A DNA stretch of 64,000 nucleotides from positions 97,751 to 161,750 of the forward strand of contig CAZVMH010000002.1 in assembly GCA_964628585.1 (NCBI GenBank), given 5' to 3'. Made by a program: the position numbers and the translations under genes. Shown piece by piece: positions 56,450 to 64,000 of this stretch; position 1 is the first letter of the stretch; every line of letters begins with the position of its first letter. The stretch comes from an uncultured Candidatus Saccharibacteria bacterium (GTDB lineage: Bacteria; Patescibacteriota; UBA1384; XYA2-FULL-43-10; 1-14-0-10-43-13). The notes under the pieces were generated by a model. That model made no database searches and had not been told where the DNA came from. It was given only the letters and a program-made list of their open reading frames with translations.

Positions 56450-58867
56450 CTATTTCTTGCTCCGTGAAAATAATTGTGCCAATCGAGATTTTTGTTTTTG
56501 TTGCATATACAAATGCTTCTGAAATTCAATAAAAGTGGCACGAATTATCTCAGACTCTCCAAGTACTTTTTCTGCATCAGCCACTGACTGATACTTCAGA
56601 TTTATCAATTTTGGTAGCTTATCCTCACTAAGTTCTTCAACCCCTTCGCCAATATATTTTGACAGAACAAACAGCAAAAACTCTTTTTGTTTATCGTCAA
56701 GTCCATTCAAAATTGCACTTTTTGCTTTAGCTACTCGTTCCTCTCTCGATATAGGTTTCAAAGCGAATGAAATATATGCCAGCACGTCGAACAAGTCAGA
56801 ATTTTCAGCGTCAATTAGTTTTTGCAATGACCTCAGTTTTTCTAGGTCATACCCCATTTCAGAAATATTATACAAAAACGCATCTCTAGTTTTCGGATTA
56901 GACCAAATTTTTCTTAATTCTTCTTCTGACTTAAATAAACTTGGTAGATCGCCATACATATTTTGAATAAATTCTTCGGAAGATATTGGTTTGCCGTCAG
57001 CACTCCAAAAAGATGTAGAGACCATGTGCTGGATTTCTCTTTCTTTTCCATCTCGTAGTTTTATCTTTACCTTTTTCTTTGGTTTGTCCTCGCATTCGCA
57101 AGGATCCATTCCACATACAGGGCAAATTTTAGGTGGTTTTTCGCATTGGCACGGGTCCTGCCCACAAACGGGGCATTCTTTTGGTGGTTTTTCGCATATG
57201 CATGGATTTTCACCACATTTTGAACAAACTTCATTTATCGGCTCGCCATCCCATTCTGGATCGGAAAAATGATGATAAGCGTCAACAAAATCAATAATTG
57301 TAAAATATTCCTTGCCATCAAAAAGCCTTGTTCCCCGGCCAATGATTTGCTTAAACTCTATCATCGAATTCACAGGTCGCATTAGAACGATATTCCGAAT
57401 ATTCCGCGCATCAACGCCTGTTGAAAGCTTTTGTGATGTGGTTAATATGGTTGGAATCGTTTTTTCATTGTCTTGAAAATCTCGGAGGAATTGATCCCCG
57501 CGAGCGCCATCGTTGGCAGTAACACGAACACAGTAATTTGGCTCTTTGCTATCTTTCATTTGATTGACCAATTCTCGAACGGCGGCGGCGTGGTCCTGAG
57601 TGGCGCAAAAAATAATTGTCTTTTCGTTTTGATTTATTTCGTCGAGAACGATCCTGACTCTTTTTGCTTCTCGCTCTTTTATTTCAATAATCCGATTGAA
57701 ATCCGGTTCGGTATAAATTTTGCCTTCTTCGACCTCGCCCTCGATAAGTTCATCGTCAGAAGTGTAGACATAATCGTCGAGAGTTGTTTTGATCCGTTTT
57801 ACTTTAAACGGTGTCAGAAAACCGTCGTTTATTCCCTGTTTCAATGAATAAATATAAACTGGCTCGCCAAAGTATTTATATGTATCAATGTTATCTTTTC
57901 TCTTTGGAGTGGCAGTCAAACCAAGCTGAACGGCAGGTGAAAAATATTCGAGAATGCCTCGCCAATTGCCTTCGTCGTTTGCACCGCCTCTATGGCATTC
58001 GTCGATAATAATAAAGTCAAAAAAGTCTTTTGGATATTCACCAAAATAAGGAGTATTACCAGTGCCACTCATAAATGTCTGAAAAATTGTAAAAAATACA
58101 CTACCGTTTGTCGGCACAGCACCTTTTTTGCGAATATCGGCTGGGTTAATACGGACTAAAGCGTCTTCGGAAAACGCCGAGAACGAGTTGAAAGCTTGAT
58201 TAGCTAAAATATTTCTATCAGCCAAAAATAATATCCTTGGTCTACGCCCACCATCACGATTTAGATTCCATCGTGTATGAAAAAGCTTCCAAGCGATTTG
58301 AAAAGCGATAAATGTTTTGCCCGTACCAGTTGCAAGAGTTAGCAAAATTCGATCTTTATTCTCAGCTACGGCATCAAGAGCATTGTTTACGGCATTTTCT
58401 TGGTAATATCGAGGTGTTTTAGTGCCACCCATATCTTCAAAAGGAATTGAGGCAAATTTTTCTTTCCAGTCATTGTGCGAGGAAAAAGTTAAATTCCATA
58501 ATTCATCAGGAGTTGGAAATTTATCAATCGTTTTTTCCTTACCGGATTTCATCGATATTTCATAAATTTCTTTGCCGTTGGTTGAATAGGTATAATCAAT
58601 TTCTAATTTCTTGGCATATGCTTTGGCTTGAGCCACTCCTTCGCCAACACCGAGCTCGTCTTGTTTGGCTTCAATCACCGCTAGTTTTTGGTTCTTATAA
58701 ACCAAAATATAGTCGGCAATTTCTTTTTTGCCACGTACACCACCAGCCTGAATTTTGCCTTCGGTAATATGAAATTCACGAAGAATCTTTGATCCCTCGA
58801 CTTCACCCCAACCACATTCCTTTAGTTTCGGGTCAATATATTCAGCTCTTGTTTCTGCTTCGTTCAT
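56450..58867 (-). CDS. hsdR: type I restriction enzyme R subunit HsdR with C-terminal triplicated Cys-repeat insertion
   Basis: Typical HsdR N-terminus MNEAETRAEYIDPKL. Walker A LATGTGKT. DECH box IIIDECHRG. The insertion is three KPPKxCPVCGxDPCxCE repeats. Confidence 0.9.
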   Translation of the reverse strand: MNEAETRAEYIDPKLKECGWGEVEGSKILREFHITEGKIQAGGVRGKKEIADYILVYKNQKLAVIEAKQDELGVGEGVAQAKAYAKKLEIDYTYSTNGKEIYEISMKSGKEKTIDKFPTPDELWNLTFSSHNDWKEKFASIPFEDMGGTKTPRYYQENAVNNALDAVAENKDRILLTLATGTGKTFIAFQIAWKLFHTRWNLNRDGGRRPRILFLADRNILANQAFNSFSAFSEDALVRINPADIRKKGAVPTNGSVFFTIFQTFMSGTGNTPYFGEYPKDFFDFIIIDECHRGGANDEGNWRGILEYFSPAVQLGLTATPKRKDNIDTYKYFGEPVYIYSLKQGINDGFLTPFKVKRIKTTLDDYVYTSDDELIEGEVEEGKIYTEPDFNRIIEIKEREAKRVRIVLDEINQNEKTIIFCATQDHAAAVRELVNQMKDSKEPNYCVRVTANDGARGDQFLRDFQDNEKTIPTILTTSQKLSTGVDARNIRNIVLMRPVNSMIEFKQIIGRGTRLFDGKEYFTIIDFVDAYHHFSDPEWDGEPINEVCSKCGENPCICEKPPKECPVCGQDPCQCEKPPKICPVCGMDPCECEDKPKKKVKIKLRDGKEREIQHMVSTSFWSADGKPISSEEFIQNMYGDLPSLFKSEEELRKIWSNPKTRDAFLYNISEMGYDLEKLRSLQKLIDAENSDLFDVLAYISFALKPISREERVAKAKSAILNGLDDKQKEFLLFVLSKYIGEGVEELSEDKLPKLINLKYQSVADAEKVLGESEIIRATFIEFQKHLYMQQKQKSRLAQLFSRSKK
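57078..57230 (-). repeat. three imperfect 51-bp tandem repeats encoding the Cys-rich repeats inside hsdR
   Basis: The core ggtggtttttcgca recurs with a 51-bp period. Confidence 0.6.
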
Positions 58868-60000
58868 AGCTCCCCCTCAAATGCTTTTTTCAATATTGAT
58901 TTTTTCAGCTCGTCCAAATCCGCCAATTTTTGTTTATAAATCGCTTCCAGTTTTTTAGTCTGCTCCGACAACGCATCAAGCTTTTTGACGATGGATTTTT
59001 GTTCAGCCAACCCTGGTAATTTTATCTTAAAATCCCTCAAATACCCCAAACCAACAAACTTTTGTGTTGTTCCTTTGGCTTCGTTCAGCATCTTGTCAAT
59101 AACAAATTTGGAATCTAGGAAATATTTGAGAAAATAACTGTCATTTTCTTTTGAAATTTTAAATAAAGCAACATTTTTTATAGCAAAATTAGGCTCAACT
59201 TTTATAACAACAGGGTTACCGATTGTCCCAATCATGGCAAACAAAATATCGCCTTTGTCTACTTTACTTCGGTTATTTATTTTGTCATAGTCTTTTTCAG
59301 AAATATATTTGATATTTTTGTAATCAAGTTCATCTCTTTTAAGATTTTTTGAAGTAATCAGGGCAAAACCGTTTTGATGATATTGTGGCGAATCATGTGT
59401 GCCGTCGCGAACATCGTACGCATCTCCCAATCTTTTCTCCTTCCAATCATCTCCTGGGCTTGCAAAAACACTTTGCAAATATGATTCAAAAAGCTCTTTA
59501 GAATTTTGGAGATTTTTTTGGGTATTTTCTTTCGCATTAGCAATTTTCTCAAAAACCTCATCCAAAATCTTCACAATCCGCTTTTGTTCCTCAATCGGCG
59601 GAACTGGAACTTCAAGATCTTCAAAATGTCTTCTTCTTAATGATTTTGCAGTTGCACCAACCGCAACTCTTTCAAAATATTTATGTTCAAGTATTAAATA
59701 ATACTCTACAAATTTAATATTTACATTTTCGTCAAAATCCAATAACGCGTAAGCTCTTTGATGTAAATTGAATTTTCCAAAGTAATACCTTGGGAAGAAT
59801 TCTGCGCCTTCGCCAGGTATTATTAGTGCTTCACCTTCAAATAGAAAATGGTTACTTCTTTTGATTATTTTTGATCTATCAAAAAAGGCATACTTTCCAT
59901 CTACAACAGCATCAACTGTGTTTGAACTCCCAGTTGTAATTTTACAAACCTCACCAAGTTTTTTTATTTGCCAATTATTAGGCAAGTTTTTATTACTCAT
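58864..60000 (-). CDS. hsdS: type I restriction-modification specificity subunit HsdS (two target-recognition domains)
   Basis: N-terminus LPNNWQIKKLGEVCKIT. Duplicated TRD architecture. 4-bp overlap with hsdR. Confidence 0.85.
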   Translation of the reverse strand: MSNKNLPNNWQIKKLGEVCKITTGSSNTVDAVVDGKYAFFDRSKIIKRSNHFLFEGEALIIPGEGAEFFPRYYFGKFNLHQRAYALLDFDENVNIKFVEYYLILEHKYFERVAVGATAKSLRRRHFEDLEVPVPPIEEQKRIVKILDEVFEKIANAKENTQKNLQNSKELFESYLQSVFASPGDDWKEKRLGDAYDVRDGTHDSPQYHQNGFALITSKNLKRDELDYKNIKYISEKDYDKINNRSKVDKGDILFAMIGTIGNPVVIKVEPNFAIKNVALFKISKENDSYFLKYFLDSKFVIDKMLNEAKGTTQKFVGLGYLRDFKIKLPGLAEQKSIVKKLDALSEQTKKLEAIYKQKLADLDELKKSILKKAFEGEL

Positions 60001-62311
60001 TATTACCTACTAATTTTTCAATCTTCTTCCATAATTCCTTGAACTGAGATTCTTTAATCAGGATCACAAATTCTTCAAGTAATTTTGAAGTACTTTCAGG
60101 AGGTAACGGATCAGTACTAGCCTCTGGATTACCATGACTGTAATAATTGATCGCAGAGTAAAATGCCTTATACTTATCCACATCAAAATTTGTGAAGATC
60201 GTTCTAATAGACTCTGCTTCAAATTGATGAAGTCCATAGAAATGTCTTACTGTTTCAAAGAATCTTCTCATATCATTTCCGATATTTCCTTCATATTTAT
60301 CATCCACGGAGGCTTCGTAAATTCTTTGAAGTGCTGTCTCGAATTCCGAAATCAATTTTCTATTTGATATAATTTTTATTGTTTTTTCATTTAAGATGAA
60401 ATAAAGTGCAGATTCTTTAAAAATATTACCTCTCAACATATTGAAAAATTGTGTATTATGTGTTAATACTATTTTTTGGATTTTAGGCTTTTCTTCACCC
60501 TTCCATAGTTCAGTATATATTTTATTTTCATATTCCTCTAATAAATTACAAATTCCAAAGAAGTTTCCGTAACTAGTACTACAAATTGGATCATCAATCA
60601 TAAATACAGAATTATTATATCTCTCTGGGCTATCAAATTTTTGTATACTTGATGCTAAAAAATAACAGAAACCGATCATTGTTTTCTCGCCTTCACTGAT
60701 CTTTCTTGTTTCCTTCGAAATATCCACATCATTTAATCGTAAGGATATGGTTCCATTTAATATTTCGGCTTTATACTTATGCAGATCTAGATAATTATGT
60801 AAAAATTTATTAAACAAATTAACAATATTTGAAAGAGCGTCTGTTTTAGGCAGCTTATCTTTTTCAATTTTTAACTCAGATTTATTATCTTCGATAATCT
60901 TACCCAATTTATTAACTTCATCAAAATCACTCTTATTATCCATATAAAAATTATAAAGGTGCTTCTGTCCAATCATTTTTCTTAGTTCTGTTTCTCTATG
61001 ACTGCTATTATCGATCTTTTTATTAACATCAAAAATTAAATCATTGTTCTTTTTGATCTTTACATTTAATTCCTTAATTTCTTTCGAAGTATCAATGTTT
61101 AAAATAGGGCATTCTTCGGGATTTTGTTTTTTTGAGTCAAGTAGCTTCTCTAAGGATTCGATTTTTTCAATCATAGATTCCGTAGTTAAATCTTCCCATT
61201 TGTTTTTCAAAGAAAATATTTCAATATATTCCTCGGTTTTAGACTGCAAGTTATTATTAACTTTTTGTAAATTAGTTTTTAATAATTGTAAATCTTTTTT
61301 AAATTGATCTACTTTTGACTCAAATATTCCTTTTTCGTCTTTAAAATAGTTTTTGTAGCTATTAAATAATTCTTTTACAGAATTATCTATCGCTCTGTTA
61401 CATAGTAAGCACTTATTAACAGCTTCGCTTTTTTCAATCCCCTCTTTTAATAGCGACTGCTGTATCCAATTTGTAGTAATATTGGCAATATTACTTTCCG
61501 TTTCTTCATCAAATTTACTGAATTTCTTTTCTTCCTTCAAAATGGTGGAAATATCGTTCAGTTCGTTTATTTGATTGACAGATATCTCAGTTAATTGAGA
61601 AACCATTTTGTCGGATATTCTAAATCCTTTAACTTTTTTAAACTGATCCTCACATGAACTAAATTCGTTTTTATTTATGGGTGGTGTAACTTCAAACTCT
61701 TCACTCATGATATTAATCAATGAAAACTCCTGCCATATACTTAGATCTTTTCCCTTATAATCATTTTTTTTAAGTTTTGTTTTTGCAGTAGTTAGGGTTT
61801 CCGAAAGAGTCTCGCATATCTTTTCTCTATTTTTAGTTTTCTGCTCAATATCTAATTCGAGCGATTGGATTTTAATATTTTCTTTTCCTACTGGAATTAA
61901 TATAGTCCCGTCGATATCCTTTTCAGAAAAATTAACACACTTGATATTTTCTTCGATATAATCAGAGTTAAAAATACACAGATCACCTAGAATCTTTTGA
62001 TTTTCATCTAAAGAATAATTTGATTGATTAATAATTTTTCCGTCAACACAAATAGAAAAATCTGATTTACTACTGGTTTGTTCTGCTTCATGAGATAATA
62101 ACTCATCAATATTATTTTCTGAACTAGAGATATATTTAAATAATCGACTGAGGTTTGTTTTTCCTGATCCATTTGGTGCATAAATAATTGTTTTATGATA
62201 ATCTTCAAAATCGCCATCTTTATTCTTTTTTGAATGCAACAAAACTCCTTCTCCGTTGAAATCCAGAAAATTTCGTATATATTTAATTGATTGAATTTGT
62301 TCTAATTTCAC
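59993..62311 (-). CDS. RloC/PrrC-like protein: split ABC/SMC-type ATPase head, long coiled coil with CxxC zinc hook, C-terminal HEPN-like (Rx6H) putative anticodon nuclease domain
   Basis: Walker A YAPNGSGKT. Walker B and D-loop VFMIDDP and H-loop VLTHN follow the coiled coil. CLLC sits mid coiled coil. C-terminal MRRFFETVRH. It lies between hsdM and hsdS with 4-bp and 8-bp overlaps. Confidence 0.55.
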   Translation of the reverse strand: MKLEQIQSIKYIRNFLDFNGEGVLLHSKKNKDGDFEDYHKTIIYAPNGSGKTNLSRLFKYISSSENNIDELLSHEAEQTSSKSDFSICVDGKIINQSNYSLDENQKILGDLCIFNSDYIEENIKCVNFSEKDIDGTILIPVGKENIKIQSLELDIEQKTKNREKICETLSETLTTAKTKLKKNDYKGKDLSIWQEFSLINIMSEEFEVTPPINKNEFSSCEDQFKKVKGFRISDKMVSQLTEISVNQINELNDISTILKEEKKFSKFDEETESNIANITTNWIQQSLLKEGIEKSEAVNKCLLCNRAIDNSVKELFNSYKNYFKDEKGIFESKVDQFKKDLQLLKTNLQKVNNNLQSKTEEYIEIFSLKNKWEDLTTESMIEKIESLEKLLDSKKQNPEECPILNIDTSKEIKELNVKIKKNNDLIFDVNKKIDNSSHRETELRKMIGQKHLYNFYMDNKSDFDEVNKLGKIIEDNKSELKIEKDKLPKTDALSNIVNLFNKFLHNYLDLHKYKAEILNGTISLRLNDVDISKETRKISEGEKTMIGFCYFLASSIQKFDSPERYNNSVFMIDDPICSTSYGNFFGICNLLEEYENKIYTELWKGEEKPKIQKIVLTHNTQFFNMLRGNIFKESALYFILNEKTIKIISNRKLISEFETALQRIYEASVDDKYEGNIGNDMRRFFETVRHFYGLHQFEAESIRTIFTNFDVDKYKAFYSAINYYSHGNPEASTDPLPPESTSKLLEEFVILIKESQFKELWKKIEKLVGNNE

Positions 62312-63783
62312 AGAGCTTCTTTTATGGATTTCATAATGTTATTGCTTTCTTCATCTAATTGCTTTATCCCCTCCAAAATCTCCTTTGGTTCACGGAGAGT
62401 TGTTTCGGTGGATTTGTTTGGGTTTTTGACAGATAGATCGAAGGTTTTTGGATCGATATTGCTTACATCAATTGACCAGCTGTTTTTGCTGTCGGATTTG
62501 GTTTTTTGCAAGTTCACAAATTCTGCGAGGTCGGTTTCAGAAAGCGGATTGCCTTTGCCGAGATTGCGGGCGAGGTTGAGCTGATAAAACCAGACTTTTC
62601 TGGTTGGTGTACCCTTCTCAAAGAATAATATTACTGTTTTCACACCAGCGCCGGCAAATGTGCCGCCGGGGAGATCGAGAACTGTGTGCAAATTGCAACT
62701 TTCAAGTAAATATTTACGAAGTGAAACCGAGGCGTTGTCGGTATTGGAAAGAAAAGTATTTTTGATGACGATACCTGCTTTGCCACCGGCTTTGAGTGAT
62801 TTAATAAAGTGTTGGAGAAAAAGGAATGCTGTTTCACCGGTTTTGATGGGAAAGTTTTGCTGAACTTCACTTCGTTCTTTGCCACCGAAAGGCGGATTGG
62901 TCAGAATGATGTCATAGCGATCTTTTTCCTGAATATCGGCAATATTTTCCGAAAGCGTATTGGTATGAATAATATTTGGCGCTTCGATGCCGTGAAGAAT
63001 CATATTCATAATGCCGATTATATATGGAAGTGGTTTCTTTTCTTTGCCATAGAAAGTTCTTTTTTGAAGTATTTCCGCATCGGTAGTTGAAAGATTTTTA
63101 CTTTCTTTTAAATAATCGTAAGCTTCACATAAAAAGCCGGCCGAGCCAACGGCGCCGTCATATATTTTATCGCCAATTTTTGGATTGACAACTTTGACAA
63201 TAGTGCGAATAAGCGATCGAGGTGTGTAGTACTCACCACCGTTGCGACCGGCATTGCCCATATTTTTGATCTTGTCTTCGTAGAGATGAGAAAGTTCATG
63301 TCTTTCTGATTGCGAGCGAAAGTGCATTGTGTCGACGATGTCGAGAATATTGCGAAGAGTATAGCCCGAGTTAATTTTGTTTCTAATTTCGCCAAATATT
63401 TCGCTGATTTTGTACTCAATGGTATCGGGCTCGGCATTTGCCTTTATCTTTTTCAAATAAGGAAAAAGTTCGTAATCAACAAAGTCCTTGAGATCATCAC
63501 CAGAGAAAGCTTTATTGTGATCAAGTTTTTTGTCTGCGTTTTTTGGACAAGCCCAGACTTCCCAACGAAATTTTGGCTCGAGAATATATTTGTATTCTTT
63601 GCCAGCCAAAATGGCTTCTTTTCTTTTTTGTTCTTCGAGATCGTCGAGATATTTCAAAAACAAAATCCAGGAAGTTTGCTCAACATAATCAAGCTCACTT
63701 GATACTCCCGCATCCTTCCAAAGTACATTGTCGATGTTTTTAAATGCTTGCTCAAATGATGGAGCTGTATTTTCTTTTGCCAT
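62308..63783 (-). CDS. hsdM: type I restriction-modification N6-adenine DNA methyltransferase HsdM
   Basis: N-terminal HsdM_N-like WILFLKYLDD. NPPFGG catalytic motif. Start taken at ATG 63783 (MAKENTAPS), because the track TTG extension to 63822 overlaps an upstream ORF. Confidence 0.9.
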   Translation of the reverse strand: MAKENTAPSFEQAFKNIDNVLWKDAGVSSELDYVEQTSWILFLKYLDDLEEQKRKEAILAGKEYKYILEPKFRWEVWACPKNADKKLDHNKAFSGDDLKDFVDYELFPYLKKIKANAEPDTIEYKISEIFGEIRNKINSGYTLRNILDIVDTMHFRSQSERHELSHLYEDKIKNMGNAGRNGGEYYTPRSLIRTIVKVVNPKIGDKIYDGAVGSAGFLCEAYDYLKESKNLSTTDAEILQKRTFYGKEKKPLPYIIGIMNMILHGIEAPNIIHTNTLSENIADIQEKDRYDIILTNPPFGGKERSEVQQNFPIKTGETAFLFLQHFIKSLKAGGKAGIVIKNTFLSNTDNASVSLRKYLLESCNLHTVLDLPGGTFAGAGVKTVILFFEKGTPTRKVWFYQLNLARNLGKGNPLSETDLAEFVNLQKTKSDSKNSWSIDVSNIDPKTFDLSVKNPNKSTETTLREPKEILEGIKQLDEESNNIMKSIKEAL

Positions 63784-63785
63784 GT

Positions 63786-64000
63786 TTAGTCCTTTTTTAA
63801 TCTTGCGAAGAGGATTTTCCAACTTTCTGGAATTCCTTTTTCCTCTTTTATCGATTGCAAATATTCTGTTAAATCTTTGTTTAGTTTATCATTTTGATCT
63901 TTGGACATGTTTTTTGCTTTGGCAAAGAAGGAAATATCCATTTTGTCCACAACTTCTTCTGGGTTTTTGTAATAGTAAATGCTGTCGGCTATATGTGTGC
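63786..64000 (-). CDS. hypothetical protein, 5' end outside the window; its stop abuts the hsdM start
   Basis: The manual minus-strand translation ...EEVVDKMDISFFAKAKNMSKDQNDKLNKDLTEYLQSIKEEKGIPESWKILFARLKKD* is open to the window edge. Stop TAA at 63788..63786. Confidence 0.4.
   Translation of the reverse strand, partial: THIADSIYYYKNPEEVVDKMDISFFAKAKNMSKDQNDKLNKDLTEYLQSIKEEKGIPESWKILFARLKKD

Noticed and set aside
1-64000. CRISPR arrays, tRNA, rRNA, tmRNA, RNase P RNA, SRP RNA
   Set aside because: I found no regularly spaced short direct repeats, no GTTCGAATC-type T-loop with an acceptor stem, and no conserved RNase P or SRP motifs. The only tandem repeats are the coding 51-bp hsdR repeat and the 10-bp CAGATAACAG pair.

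Overview
Most of this window reads as a low-GC chromosomal segment (roughly one-third GC, judged by eye) of a Gram-positive-like or CPR/Patescibacteria-like bacterium. It is densely packed, and most genes are on the minus strand. The gene content suggests standard genetic code, and full-length ORFs have no in-frame stops.

Backbone, about 10.7 kb to 45.1 kb, one long co-directional minus-strand run: sbp-like small membrane protein, secF-secD, rluD-like, polysaccharide deacetylase, rmuC, a single-chain UvrD-helicase/RecB-nuclease, trxA, nrdR, ftsZ-ftsA, dgkA, ybeY, an HD-domain membrane protein, a yqeY-like gene, rpsU, a DUF45-like metallopeptidase, eno, a DUF3048 protein, trxB, a LytR_C protein, a DUF362 protein, lexA, rlmD, a SpoU methyltransferase, hisS, rel, clpC and nusA.

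Four regions stand out from that backbone:
1. Plus-strand cluster, 1.0-10.2 kb. Two large paralogous VirD4/TraG-like type IV coupling protein ATPases share a novel N-terminal domain. They flank a sigma-70-region-4/HARE-HTH protein and a small protein, and an acidic coiled-coil protein precedes them. A 550-bp structured non-coding stretch follows.
2. Three GC-rich insertions, about 50-55% GC by eye. The first is a PlsY fused to an acyl-ACP-reductase-like domain. The second is a PEP-CTERM protein. The third is a secreted HAF-like repeat protein, a lipoprotein and a TolB-like beta-propeller. Each has its own GC-rich terminator. They may be horizontal transfers or an assembly chimera.
3. Defence island, 53.4-63.8 kb, intermediate GC. 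A type I R-M operon runs hsdM - RloC/PrrC-like ABC-ATPase with zinc hook and HEPN-like motif - hsdS - hsdR. The hsdR carries a triplicated Cys-repeat insertion. A promoter- and terminator-bounded candidate small RNA of about 200 nt follows on the opposite strand. Beyond it is an uncharacterised five-gene operon ending in a standalone Cas4/DUF83-like nuclease.
4. Regulatory oddities. Two tandem perfect-consensus sigma-70 promoters are followed immediately by a terminator hairpin upstream of a lytic transglycosylase. The lexA promoter is consensus, with a GTTC-N7-GTTC repeat.

No rRNA, tRNA or CRISPR array was recognised.
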